From: Burkholderiales bacterium
GTDB taxonomy: Bacteria; Pseudomonadota; Gammaproteobacteria; Burkholderiales; Casimicrobiaceae
Direction of reading: 5' to 3'
Length of the DNA stretch: 64,000 nucleotides
Assembly (NCBI GenBank): GCA_020851255.1
Contig: JADZDA010000295.1
Coordinates: 4,809 to 68,808 of the forward strand
A program made the position numbers and the translations under genes. The notes under the pieces were generated by a model, which made no database searches, was not told where the DNA came from, and saw only the letters and a program-made list of their open reading frames with translations. This document shows, piece by piece, positions 1 through 9,579 of this stretch (position 1 is its first letter; every line of letters starts with the position of its first letter).

Positions 1-2
1 AG

Positions 3-404
3 ATCAGTTTTCCCGGCGGCCGCATCGAAACGACCGATGCCGACGCCGCCTCGGCCGCGCTGCGCGAAACCCACGAGGAAATCGGGCTCCCCCGCGGGCA
101 AGTGACCCTGCTGGGTGAGTTGCCGCATTACGAGACGGTCACCGGATTCCGCGTGACGCCGGTCGTCGGCTGGGTCGACCCGCCCTTCGAGCTCGTCCCC
201 GATCCGGTCGAGGTCGCCGATGTGTTCGAAGTGCCGCTCGCGTTCCTGATGGATCCGGCGCACCAGCAGCGGCACGAGCGGATGCTCGGTACGGTGCGGC
301 GGGACTACTGGGCGATCCCCTGGCGCGAGCGCTACATCTGGGGCGCCACCGCCGCGATGCTGATGATCCTGGACCGGACGCTGCGCGCGCCGGCCGGCGC
401 CTGA
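3..404 (+). CDS. Nudix hydrolase, CoA pyrophosphatase family (5'-truncated by the window edge)
   Basis: The frame from base 3 reads ISFPGGRIETTDADAASAALRETHEEIG (Nudix box); later TGFRVTPVVG, EVADVF and IWGATAAML are typical of CoA pyrophosphatases. Confidence 0.9.
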   Translation: MSFPGGRIETTDADAASAALRETHEEIGLPRGQVTLLGELPHYETVTGFRVTPVVGWVDPPFELVPDPVEVADVFEVPLAFLMDPAHQQRHERMLGTVRRDYWAIPWRERYIWGATAAMLMILDRTLRAPAGA

Positions 405-438
405 GCGGCGCCGCAGCGACGCCGGTCGCGCTCGCGGC

Positions 439-906
439 TCACGGATCCCCGAAGCTCGGCGACTCGCCGGCGAGCAGGTGCTCGTCGGCATCGGCGGCGT
501 GCCTCGCGATCGCGTCGTGGAACATCGAGGCGAGGTCGCGCGGCCAGGGCTTGGGCAGGTACTTGAACACGCCGGCGTCGTTGACCGCCTTGACGACCGT
601 CGACATCTCGTGGGTCGCCGACAGCATCATGCGCACGCAGCGCGGCTGGATCGCGCGCAGCCGCCTCAGGAACTCGATCCCGTCGATCGGCCGCATCCGG
701 TAATCGGAGATCGCGACGTCGTAGACGATCTGCGCGGCCCGTTCGAGCGCCACCCCGGCGTCGGTGTACGCATCGACCGCGACGGACTGGTCCCGGAGCT
801 GCGCGGCGAGCTGGGTCGCCAACGCCCGGACCACGAACGGCTCGTCGTCGACGATCAGGATCCGGTGCTTCGGGACTGAGGCGGTGGGTTCGTTCATGAT
901 GTTCAT
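439..906 (-). CDS. Stand-alone response regulator receiver protein (HupR-like REC)
   Basis: The C-terminal part of ORF 439..1446 has ILIVDDEP, ISDYRMRPIDG, MLSA and KYLPKPW; the ATG at 906 overlaps the Hpt gene stop. Confidence 0.85.
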   Translation of the reverse strand: MNIMNEPTASVPKHRILIVDDEPFVVRALATQLAAQLRDQSVAVDAYTDAGVALERAAQIVYDVAISDYRMRPIDGIEFLRRLRAIQPRCVRMMLSATHEMSTVVKAVNDAGVFKYLPKPWPRDLASMFHDAIARHAADADEHLLAGESPSFGDP

Positions 907-1265
907 CGGCGGGCGCACGGCTCGCGCAGGCGATCCATCTCGGCGCAGACAGCTTCGAATTCGGACGGGAATCCGTCCGCGAGACGGAGGAGTTCGCCGC
1001 GATCGCGGCGCACGAGCGCGCCTTGCATCGCCTCGATGCGCCGGAGCGAGGGCCGCGCGCCGACGATGGCGAGCGACCCGGCGAGGGCGTGCAGCGCCTC
1101 GCGCAATTCGGTCGGGCAGCCGGCCTGCGCGGCGGCGACCGAGCGATCGACCTGCACGCGTGCGGTCTCGCGGAACAGGTCGACCATCTGCCCGTAGGCC
1201 TCGGCGTCGCCGTCGATCGCCTCGAGGAACGCCTGCGGTTCGCAGGGTCTCTCCGGACCCCTCAG
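903..1265 (-). CDS. Hpt (histidine phosphotransfer) domain protein
   Basis: LHALAGSLAIVGA His motif. The frame stays open upstream of ATG 1187 (FLEAIDGDAEAYGQMVDLF, a typical Hpt first helix) to a CTG at 1265 overlapping the upstream stop. Start uncertain (1187 or 1265). Confidence 0.75.
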   Translation of the reverse strand: MRGPERPCEPQAFLEAIDGDAEAYGQMVDLFRETARVQVDRSVAAAQAGCPTELREALHALAGSLAIVGARPSLRRIEAMQGALVRRDRGELLRLADGFPSEFEAVCAEMDRLREPCARR

Positions 1266-1648
1266 GGCGCGGGCGCCCGGGAGCGCGGCCCCAGCGCGAC
1301 CTCGATCGCCCCGACGAGCTGATCGCGCGTCGAGGGCTTGACCACGATCGCGTCGAATCCGGCGCGCAGGAACTGGGACTGCTGGGCCGGCATCGCGAAC
1401 GCGGTATGGGCGACGACACGCAGTCCGGCGTGCGCGGTGTTCGCACGGATCGCGTCGAGCAGGTCGATCCCGCTCATGCCCGGCATGCTGATGTCGGTGA
1501 CCACGACATCGAAGGGCGCGCCCTCGATCCGGGCCAGCGCCGCCTGCGCGCCCGGCGCCGTCTCGACGGCATGGCCCGCGCGCTGGAGCTGCAGCTTCGC
1601 CAGGTTGGCGTTCAGCGGATTGTCGTCGACGACGAGCACCCGGGCCAT
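1262..1648 (-). CDS. Single-domain response regulator (hybrid-kinase-type REC)
   Basis: VLVVDDNPLN, VVTDISMPGMSG, AHTAFA, GFDAIVVKP. Confidence 0.9.
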   Translation of the reverse strand: MARVLVVDDNPLNANLAKLQLQRAGHAVETAPGAQAALARIEGAPFDVVVTDISMPGMSGIDLLDAIRANTAHAGLRVVAHTAFAMPAQQSQFLRAGFDAIVVKPSTRDQLVGAIEVALGPRSRAPAP

Positions 1649-1655
1649 GGCAGGC

Positions 1656-3401
1656 TCAGCTTCCGGCCCGGTCGGCGGCTACCGGCAGTTCCAAGACGAA
1701 GCGCGTGCCGTTTCCGATCCGCGACTCGCAGCCGATCGTGCCGCCCATGGCGTCGGCGAGCCCGCGCGACAACGCGAGTCCCAGTCCCGTGCCCTCGTGA
1801 TGGCGCAGCACCGAGGTGTCCGCCTGGACGAAGCGCTCGACGAAGATCTTCGCGCGCAGGTCCTCGGGCATGCCCGGTCCGGTGTCGGTGACCGAGAAGG
1901 CGACGCGTCCGATGCCCGCAGGTGCCGCGGACACGGCGACCGAGCCGCGCTCGGTGAACTTGATCGCGTTGGAGAGCAGGTTGTTGAGGATGCGGATCAG
2001 CAGCGTACGGTCGACGTGGACGACATCCTGCATCCCCGGTTCGATCCGCGTCGCGAGTTGGAGGCCCTTGATCTGCGCGCTCGCGCGATGCGCCTCGGCG
2101 GCGGAGGCGACGATCTCGGCAAGCGACTCGGGTGTGCGGTTGACGGCGATGCACCCGGCCTCGATGCGATCGACGTCGAGGACGTCGTTGACCAGGTTGA
2201 GCAGGTGCCGGCCGCTCTGCCGGATCGCGACCGCGTGCTCGAGGGCGACGCGGCCCCGGAGGTCCTCCTCGAGGATTTCCGCGTAGCCCAGGATCCCGTT
2301 GAGCGGCGTGCGCAACTCGTGGGACATGTTGGCGAGGAACTCGGACTTCGCGGCGCTGGCCGCGATCGCCGCCGTACGCGCGCCGTCCAGGCGCCGGATC
2401 GTGCGCTGGAGCACGGCCGCGAACAGGACGATCACCGCCGACATGACGAGCGCCAGCAGGATCTGCTGCCGCTGGGCGACCAGGTAGCCCGACAGGACCT
2501 CGTCGGTCGACATGCCCACCGCGACATACAGCGGGTAGTGCTCGAGGCGGCGGTAGGCGACGATGCGCTCGACGCCGTCGGTCGACGACCGCGATTTCAT
2601 CACGCCCGAGGACGCCGACCGCAGGGTCTTGAAGAGCTCGCCTTCCGAGACGTTCTGCCCGAGCGAGGCGTCGCCACCGCTCTGCCGCGCGCGCACGATG
2701 CCGTCCTCGCCGACGAGCGCGACCAGGCCCCGGCTGCCGAGGTTGACCTCCCGGTAGAAGCGCGTGAAGTAGAACGGGTCCATCGAGACGACGACCACGC
2801 CGCCGAACGAACCGTCGGCACGGTTGATCCGCCGGGTCATCTGCATCGACCACTTGCCCGAGACGCGGCCGAGCACCGGCTTGCTGACGAACAGCCGCCC
2901 GGTGTCGCCGGCGAAATGGGTGTTGACGTGCTCGCGATCGGCGAGGCTCATGCCCGGCCGGAACGGCTGGCTCGACAGGACGACCTCCGAGTGCTCGTCG
3001 ACGACCGAGACCAGGTTGAACACGTTGCCGGGGATGACGCCGGTGCCGATCAGGTCGGCCAGATCGAGTCGCATGCCGCGGTCGGCGTAGGCGTGGCGGA
3101 CGAACAGCACCGCCTGGTCGGCCGACTGGATCGTCCGGTGGATGTGTTCCTCGAACGTCCGGGCGTAGTTGCGCACGTCGCGATTCGCGTCGTCTATCGC
3201 GGCGCTGCGATCGGTCGCCAGGCGCACGATCGTGAATCCCCAGACTCCCGCGAGCAGCGCGAGCGCGAACAGGAGCAGCATCGCCGTAGGGCCGAACCGC
3301 GCGGTCGGCGGGCTCGCCCGGCGGGCCGCGGGTCGTGGCCGGCGCCGTGCATCCGGAGCCGGCAGCAAAGCGCCGCCCGCGGCGGAGGATTCGGAGGGCA
3401 T
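1656..3401 (-). CDS. Membrane sensor histidine kinase with periplasmic dCache/PDC-like domain
   Basis: Two TM segments flank a Cache-like region (ADREHV, SKPVLGRVSGKWS, DGVERIVAYRR); H-box AKSEFLANMSHELRTPLNGILG; N box NLLSNAIKFT; G boxes DTGPGM and GTGLGL. Start 3401 or 3281. Confidence 0.9.
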   Translation of the reverse strand: MPSESSAAGGALLPAPDARRRPRPAARRASPPTARFGPTAMLLLFALALLAGVWGFTIVRLATDRSAAIDDANRDVRNYARTFEEHIHRTIQSADQAVLFVRHAYADRGMRLDLADLIGTGVIPGNVFNLVSVVDEHSEVVLSSQPFRPGMSLADREHVNTHFAGDTGRLFVSKPVLGRVSGKWSMQMTRRINRADGSFGGVVVVSMDPFYFTRFYREVNLGSRGLVALVGEDGIVRARQSGGDASLGQNVSEGELFKTLRSASSGVMKSRSSTDGVERIVAYRRLEHYPLYVAVGMSTDEVLSGYLVAQRQQILLALVMSAVIVLFAAVLQRTIRRLDGARTAAIAASAAKSEFLANMSHELRTPLNGILGYAEILEEDLRGRVALEHAVAIRQSGRHLLNLVNDVLDVDRIEAGCIAVNRTPESLAEIVASAAEAHRASAQIKGLQLATRIEPGMQDVVHVDRTLLIRILNNLLSNAIKFTERGSVAVSAAPAGIGRVAFSVTDTGPGMPEDLRAKIFVERFVQADTSVLRHHEGTGLGLALSRGLADAMGGTIGCESRIGNGTRFVLELPVAADRAGS

Positions 3402-3619
3402 GACGGGGAATCGGACAGCGGAATCGAAAATGAAGAGTCGCAGACCGGAATCAGGCGCGCGCCTACAGCGCGACTTCCGGTTCGCCCGGAACCGGTGCCA
3501 CCAACGAGCAAGGTCCGCGCCAGCGGACGCGATCGCCGGCAGGATCGAACCGGACCGGCGGCCGTGCCGCGGGGAGCGACCGCCGGCGTCCCCGGGACGG
3601 TCCGCCCCGCCGGACGGCC

Positions 3620-3646
3620 TCAAGTTCAGCGGATTGTGGCCGACAT
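3620..3646 (+). promoter_or_regulatory. Sigma28 (FliA)-type promoter
   Basis: TCAAG-N14-GCCGACAT about 70 bp upstream of the REC-GGDEF-EAL gene; same layout as the fliC and flgM promoters in this window. Confidence 0.7.
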
Positions 3647-3717
3647 ACGAATCACGGCGCGGCGCGTACGCCCGACGTGCGCCGGTCCGCGCATCCTGAT
3701 ACCCGACCCGTTCCCCG

Positions 3718-5472
3718 ATGCCTGAACCGCTGCAACAGATCCTCGTTGTAGAGGACAACGAAGACGACGCTGCGCTGCTCATGGCGGACCTGTCGCGCCT
3801 CGACCGGCCGCTCGCGTTCCGACGCGTCGAGACCGCCGAGGAGATGGCCGCCGCGCTCGCCGAGCGGCCGTGGGACCTCGTCATCTCCGACCACCAGCTG
3901 CCGCGTTTCGACTCCACGACCGCCTTGCAGACGCTGCGCGGCAGCGGGTCCGACGCGCCGTTCATCATCATGAGCGGCACGCTCGGCGAGTCCGCCGCGG
4001 CGAAGGCGATGAGGCTGGGGGTCCAGGATTTCATCGACAAGTCGAACCGGGTCAGGCTGCTGCCGGTGGTCGAGCGCGAATTGCGCAACGCGAGCCTCAG
4101 GCGGATCAAGCGCGACATCGAGAAGAGCCTGGTCCACCTGACCTACCACGATCCGCTGACCGGGCTCGCGAACCGGGACCTGGTCAACCGGATGATCGAG
4201 CACGCGGCCGAGGGCGCCGGACCGAGCCGGGGACTGGGCCTGGTCTTGCTGGACATCGATCGCTTCCGCCGGATCAACGATTCGCTGGGCCACGCGGCCG
4301 GCGATCGGCTGCTCGTCGCCGTCGCGAGCCGGCTCGCCGCGCTCTACGGCGAACAGGCGACCGTCGGCCGGCTATCCGAGGACACGTTCGCGCTGCTGTT
4401 CACCGGCGTCGCCGACGTGACCGAGGTGCTGCGTCACGCCGACGGCGTGATGCGCGCGTTCGCCGATGTCTTCCGCGTCGGCGGCGAGGAGCTTTCCGTC
4501 ACCGCCTGCGCCGGTGTGGCGCTCTATCCCGGCGACGAGGCGGACCCCGGCGAGCTCGTTCCCGCCGCGGAACGCGCGATGCACGACGCCAAGCTCGCCG
4601 GCCCGGGCTCGGTGCGCCGCTGCCAGGGCACGCGGGCGCCCCGTTTGGCGACGACCGTCAGGCTCGAGGGAGCGCTCAGGCAGGCCGCGGCGCGCGACGA
4701 GTTCTTCCTGCTCTACCAGCCGCTGGTCGCCACGGCGACCCGGAGGATCGCCGGCGCCGAGGCGCTGATCCGCTGGCGCCACCCGCAACTGGGCATGCTG
4801 TCGCCCGACCGGTTCCTGCCGCTCGCCGAGGAACTCGGCATGCAGAACGAGATCGGCCGCTTCGTGCTCGACGCGGCGACGCAGCAGGCGCGTCGCTGGA
4901 TCGAGGACGACGTGCCCGGCCTGCGAATCGCGGTGAACGTCTCCCCGTCGCAGTTCCGGCGCAGCGAATTCGCCGACGAGGTCATGAACGCGCTCGCGGC
5001 GTCCGGACTGTCGGGCGAGCGGCTCGAGCTCGAGATCACGGAGACGGCGGTCATGCAGGACGCCAACGCCGCCATCGACGCGCTGCGGCGCCTGAAGGCG
5101 ATCGGCGTGTCGATTTCCATCGACGACTTCGGCACCGGCTACTCGTCGCTCTCCTACCTGCGCCGGCTGCCGATCGACATCCTCAAGATCGACCGCAGTT
5201 TCCTGGCCGACGTCGGCGTCAACGCCGACAACCAGGCCATCGTGCGCACGATCGTGGCGCTCGCCAAGACGCTGCGGCTCGAGACCGTCGCCGAGGGCGT
5301 CGAGACGGTGGAGCAATTCGAGCTGCTCGCCGACCTGGAGGTCGACCGGGTCCAGGGTTACCTGTTCGGACCGCCCGGTCATTCGGCCACCGTGGCTCGG
5401 CTCGCGACCGACCCCTCCCCCGTACCGTTCATCGAAGTCGTGTCCGCCGCGGCCGTCGCGGTCGCCGCCTGA
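3718..5472 (+). CDS. REC-GGDEF(degenerate)-EAL protein, probable c-di-GMP phosphodiesterase
   Basis: N-terminal REC (VEDNEDD, ISDHQLP); GGDEF domain with SEDTF at the active site; EAL domain with EALIRW, VNVS, ELEITE, DDFGTGYSS, KIDRSF, AEGVE and QGY intact. Confidence 0.92.
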   Translation: MPEPLQQILVVEDNEDDAALLMADLSRLDRPLAFRRVETAEEMAAALAERPWDLVISDHQLPRFDSTTALQTLRGSGSDAPFIIMSGTLGESAAAKAMRLGVQDFIDKSNRVRLLPVVERELRNASLRRIKRDIEKSLVHLTYHDPLTGLANRDLVNRMIEHAAEGAGPSRGLGLVLLDIDRFRRINDSLGHAAGDRLLVAVASRLAALYGEQATVGRLSEDTFALLFTGVADVTEVLRHADGVMRAFADVFRVGGEELSVTACAGVALYPGDEADPGELVPAAERAMHDAKLAGPGSVRRCQGTRAPRLATTVRLEGALRQAAARDEFFLLYQPLVATATRRIAGAEALIRWRHPQLGMLSPDRFLPLAEELGMQNEIGRFVLDAATQQARRWIEDDVPGLRIAVNVSPSQFRRSEFADEVMNALAASGLSGERLELEITETAVMQDANAAIDALRRLKAIGVSISIDDFGTGYSSLSYLRRLPIDILKIDRSFLADVGVNADNQAIVRTIVALAKTLRLETVAEGVETVEQFELLADLEVDRVQGYLFGPPGHSATVARLATDPSPVPFIEVVSAAAVAVAA

Positions 5473-5529
5473 GGCGGCGCGTCCGGTGCGTGAAAGGCGC
5501 GGCGGACCCCGGGACGCCGCGAGCGGGGC

Positions 5530-6813
5530 TCAGGCGGCGATCGCGAGCTGATTCGCCCACTGCATCGCGCGGAGCTGCGCATCGATGAGCTGCGAACGCT
5601 GGATGCCCGGAAGCGCGTCGAGCAGCGCCGCGACCTCGGAGCCGTCGATCTGCTCGACGGCGGAGGCGAGCTTGAGCAGCGCGCCGTGCGCGCCGCTGCG
5701 CTTGAGCAGCGCGTCACGCACCACGGCCGGGAGATTGAGGGGGCCGACGATCTCGGACAGCGACGTCTGGAGCAACGCATCCATCAGCGACAGGATGCCG
5801 GTCATGAACGCGGCCTCGCTGCCTTCGCGACCGACGCCGGGCATGTGCTCGGCGAGGATCTCCATCAGCTTGCCGCGCGTCGCGGCGAGCTGCAGCAGCG
5901 GGCTCGAGAGCGACTTGTTGCCCCGGTCGGCCGTGTAGAGCAGCAGCTGCAGCCAGATCCGCAGCTGGCGCCGGCCCAGCAGCACCAGCGCATGCCGCAG
6001 CGACGTGATCGTCTGGCCGCGCGTGAGCGCCGCCGAATTGACCAGCCGCAGCAGGTTCACCGCGAGACTCGGGTGGTGCTTGAACTCCGCTTCGATGTCG
6101 CGGACCTCGGCGTCGCGGACGGTCAGCGCGAGCAGCCGCATCAGCGCGATGTGCGCCGGCTGGGCGCGGCGGCTGGTCAGCACCTGCGGCCGTGCGAAGT
6201 GGAATCCTTCGAACAGCGGGAATCCGAGCAGGCGCGCCTGGTCGAACTGCGCCGCCGACTCCACTTTCTCGGCGACCAGCGTCACCTTGAGCGGCTTCAG
6301 CATCCGCACGATCTCGGGCACGAGCAACGGATCGAGCCGCAGGAAATCGACCTTGACGATGTCGATAGACGGTCCCAGCGTTTCGATCGTCTCGAAATTG
6401 CCGATGAAGTTCTTGACCGCGACGCGGAAGCCCCGGGCCCGCAGCTCGGCGCACCGGTCCGCGGTCTGCGAATCGACGAGCCGCCTCTCGAGCAGCTCGA
6501 GGACGATCCGCTTGGGCGGCAGGGACTCGATCAAGTCGCTGTGCAGGAAGTCGGCGTCGACGTTGAGGTACCCGTCGACCGGCCCGACGACCTGGTCGAG
6601 GCCGATGTCGGCGAACGCGTGGGCGATGACCGACGACGTGGCCTGGACGTCGTCGGGGACGATCACCGACGGCGAATCGGCGGTGCGGAACAGGAGTTCG
6701 TAGCCGGCGAGCTCGCGCGCCTCGTCGAGGATCGGCTGGCGCGCGAGGTAGACGGTCTCGGCACCGCTCTCGGCCGCGGTCGTCTCCGGGACACGGTCGA
6801 TGGCGACGCTCAT
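5530..6813 (-). CDS. EAL-HDOD domain protein (YuxH/PdeH-like), EAL probably degenerate
   Basis: ARQPI..GYELLFR and AEKVE; HDOD region ([23 protein letters not shown]). The DDF loop is replaced by KNF. ATGA overlap with cheB. Confidence 0.88.
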   Translation of the reverse strand: MSVAIDRVPETTAAESGAETVYLARQPILDEARELAGYELLFRTADSPSVIVPDDVQATSSVIAHAFADIGLDQVVGPVDGYLNVDADFLHSDLIESLPPKRIVLELLERRLVDSQTADRCAELRARGFRVAVKNFIGNFETIETLGPSIDIVKVDFLRLDPLLVPEIVRMLKPLKVTLVAEKVESAAQFDQARLLGFPLFEGFHFARPQVLTSRRAQPAHIALMRLLALTVRDAEVRDIEAEFKHHPSLAVNLLRLVNSAALTRGQTITSLRHALVLLGRRQLRIWLQLLLYTADRGNKSLSSPLLQLAATRGKLMEILAEHMPGVGREGSEAAFMTGILSLMDALLQTSLSEIVGPLNLPAVVRDALLKRSGAHGALLKLASAVEQIDGSEVAALLDALPGIQRSQLIDAQLRAMQWANQLAIAA

Positions 6814-7907
6814 ACGCGGTGGGAGGTCGCGCCGCCCCGGGCGGCGACCTGCCGGATCAACTGGGGTCCGATCTCGGCGAGCGGCAGGACCGAGTCGACA
6901 CCGCCGGTCGCGATCGCCTCCTTGGGCATGCCGAAGACGACGCAGCTCGCCTCGTCCTGCGCGACCGTGTACGCGCCGGCTTCGTGCATCTCGCGCATCG
7001 CCAGCGCGCCGTCCTTGCCCATGCCGGTCAGCATGATGCCGATCGCGTTGCGACCGGCGACCTGGGCGGCGGAGCGGAACAGGACTTCGACCGACGGCCG
7101 GTGACGATTGACGTGCGGCGTGTCGTCGAGCGCGACGACGTAGTCGGAGCCGCTGCGCCCGATGCGCATGTGGCGGTCGCCCGGCGCGATGTACACGTGC
7201 CCGGGCAGCACGCGCTGGCCGTCGGTGGCTTCGCAGACGGCCATGCGCGAGAGCGAATCGAGGCGGGCGGCGAAGGTCCGGGTGAATCCGGGAGGCATGT
7301 GCTGGGTGACGAGGATCGCGGGGGTGTCCGGCGGCAGCCGCTCGACGACTTCGCGGATCGCCTCGGTGCCGCCGGTCGACGCGCCGATGAAGACGAGCTG
7401 TTCGGTGGACAGCCGCCGGTTGGCGATCGCCGGCAGCGGCGCCGCGGCCGGCCGCGCCGCGCGGGGCGCGTGGCGCACCTTCGCGGCCGCGCGCACCTTG
7501 GCGACGATGTCCTCGGCGTAGGCCTCGATGCCTTGCGCGATCCCGAGCTTGGGCTTGGCGACGAAATCGACGGCGCCGAGCTCCAGGGCGCGCAGCGTGG
7601 CCTCCGATCCCCGGGCGGTGAGCGTGGAAACCATCACCACCGGCATCGGGCGCAGCCGCATCAACCGCTCGAGGAAGTCGAGCCCGTCCATCTGCGGCAT
7701 CTCGATGTCGAGCGTGAGCACGTCCGGATTGGTCGCGCGGATCATCTCGCGCGCCTGCAGCGGATTCGAGGCGGCGCCGACGACCTCGAAGTCGCGCTCG
7801 CGCTGGAAGATGCCGGTCAGCAACTGGCGGACCAGCGCCGAGTCGTCGATGATCAGGACCTTGATGCGGGCGCGCGCGGCGCCGGGTTCAGGAGAAGAGG
7901 TCGACAT
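6810..7907 (-). CDS. cheB: Chemotaxis methylesterase/response regulator CheB
   Basis: REC (TLDIEMP) plus methylesterase motifs GASTGG, QHMPP, HRPSV and LTGMGKDGA. Confidence 0.97.
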   Translation of the reverse strand: MSTSSPEPGAARARIKVLIIDDSALVRQLLTGIFQRERDFEVVGAASNPLQAREMIRATNPDVLTLDIEMPQMDGLDFLERLMRLRPMPVVMVSTLTARGSEATLRALELGAVDFVAKPKLGIAQGIEAYAEDIVAKVRAAAKVRHAPRAARPAAAPLPAIANRRLSTEQLVFIGASTGGTEAIREVVERLPPDTPAILVTQHMPPGFTRTFAARLDSLSRMAVCEATDGQRVLPGHVYIAPGDRHMRIGRSGSDYVVALDDTPHVNRHRPSVEVLFRSAAQVAGRNAIGIMLTGMGKDGALAMREMHEAGAYTVAQDEASCVVFGMPKEAIATGGVDSVLPLAEIGPQLIRQVAARGGATSHRV

Positions 7908-8523
7908 CGCCGTCGAGGCGCGTCGCCGAGAGGCGCGCGCGATAGTCGAGTTCGGAGCGTACGACCGGCTCGGCCTGCGTCGGAAGTCGCTTGACGCGAG
8001 CCTGCCCGGTCCGGGGGAAGAAATAGAGCTTCCGCGGATAGATGTCGAGGAGATCGGATGCGAGCACCGGTATGCCTTCGTCCTTGAGATAGGCGAGGAC
8101 GAACGCCGCGTTGCGCTCGCCGACCTGCGAGCTCGCGAGTCCCGGCATCACCGCCCCGCCCCCGAACACCTTGGCTTGGAGATCGGCACGGCGGGCGCCG
8201 GACTTGAGCATTTCGTTGATCAGGAGCTCCATCGCGTGGGTACCGTAGCGCGCCGGCGACCCCAGCGGGTCGCTCCGCGCGTCGCCGCCGTCGGGCAGCA
8301 TGAAGTGGTTCATGCCGCCGAGCTTGAGCCGCGGGTCGCGCAGACACGCCGAAACGCAGCTTCCGAGCACCGTGACCAGCGCGATGTCCTTGTCCGTCAC
8401 ATGGAATTCGCCGGGGAGGATCTTGGCCGCCTCGACCCGGAAGTGCGGGTCGACATAGGTCGACGGCATGCTCAGCGCCCCGTTGATCGAGGGCGCGGGA
8501 CCAAGGCGCGCGGCGAGGTTCAC
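7888..8523 (-). CDS. cheD: Chemoreceptor glutamine deamidase CheD
   Basis: [32 protein letters not shown] and VGERN. Start uncertain (GTG 8523 with upstream GAAGG, or ATG 8469). Confidence 0.95.
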   Translation of the reverse strand: MNLAARLGPAPSINGALSMPSTYVDPHFRVEAAKILPGEFHVTDKDIALVTVLGSCVSACLRDPRLKLGGMNHFMLPDGGDARSDPLGSPARYGTHAMELLINEMLKSGARRADLQAKVFGGGAVMPGLASSQVGERNAAFVLAYLKDEGIPVLASDLLDIYPRKLYFFPRTGQARVKRLPTQAEPVVRSELDYRARLSATRLDGDVDLFS

Positions 8524-8614
8524 GCCGACACCTTCGGCGCGATCGCAACCCGCGGGATCGCGCGGCCCGACGCCCCGCGGTTTCGGCGCGGACCCGCGCA
8601 AGGTGCCGGAGCGT

Positions 8615-9475
8615 TCATCGCTCCACCGGCTCGTAGACGGTGCGGCCGAGCAGGCGGAACACGTGCGCCGAATGGGCGAAGCTCTCCGAGTGCCCGGCGA
8701 ACAGCCGGCCGCCGGGCGCGAGCAGCGGCGCGAAGCGCTTGAGGATCGCCGCCTGCGTCGGATGATCGAAATAGATCATCACGTTCCGGCAGAAGATCGC
8801 GGTGAGACCGGTGGGCACGTTCCACCTGGCTTCGAGCAGGTTCACGCGCCGGAACTCGATCAGCGCCTGCAGCTCCGGTCGCACGCGGGCGTAGCCCTCC
8901 TGGGCGCCACGGCCCTTCAGGAACCAGGCGCGCTTGCGGTCCGGTGTCAGCGGATCCAGCCGGTCGATCGGATAGACACCGGCGGCCCCCGTCGAGAGCA
9001 CATCGGTGTCGATGTCGGTGGCGATGATCTTGACCGGTGGCGTGAGCGTCGACAGGGCCTCGCAGGCGGTGATCGCGATCGAGTACGGTTCCTCTCCGGT
9101 CGACGCGGCGGTGCACCAGATCGTGAGCGGCGCCTCGGCCGCATGCTGCCGCAGCAGCGCCGCCAGCGTCGGGAAATGGTGCGGTTCGCGGAAGAACGAC
9201 GTGAGATTGGTCGTCAGCGCGTTGACGAAGCTCGTCCGCTCGTCGGAGTCCGGCCGCTCGACCAGGTCCAGGTAGTCGACGAAGCGCTTGAGGCGCCGCT
9301 GGCGCAGCCGGCGCCCCAGCCGGCTGTAGACCATGTGTCGCTTGGACGGTCCCAGCGATATCCCCGCCTGCGCGTGGATCAGCCGGACCACGCGCGCGAA
9401 GTCGTCGTCCGAGAAGTGGAAATCGAGTCCGTCTCCCGCCGGGGCGGCGACCGGGTTTCTCGTATCGTCTGGCAT
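8615..9475 (-). CDS. cheR: Chemotaxis methyltransferase CheR
   Basis: LTTNLTSFFREPHHF, STGEEPYS, ATDID, IFCRNVMIYFD and GHSES. FLKGRGAQEG resembles the beta-subdomain insertion of pentapeptide-dependent CheRs. Confidence 0.97.
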   Translation of the reverse strand: MPDDTRNPVAAPAGDGLDFHFSDDDFARVVRLIHAQAGISLGPSKRHMVYSRLGRRLRQRRLKRFVDYLDLVERPDSDERTSFVNALTTNLTSFFREPHHFPTLAALLRQHAAEAPLTIWCTAASTGEEPYSIAITACEALSTLTPPVKIIATDIDTDVLSTGAAGVYPIDRLDPLTPDRKRAWFLKGRGAQEGYARVRPELQALIEFRRVNLLEARWNVPTGLTAIFCRNVMIYFDHPTQAAILKRFAPLLAPGGRLFAGHSESFAHSAHVFRLLGRTVYEPVER

Positions 9476-9579
9476 CGGTGTCGCCGTCGGTGGGTCGTCG
9501 GAGCCGGGACGTCGCGATCAGGTCGGCGGGCGGACGCGCATGGCGCCCGCCCATCGGAACTCTCGCTGCGCAACGGACA

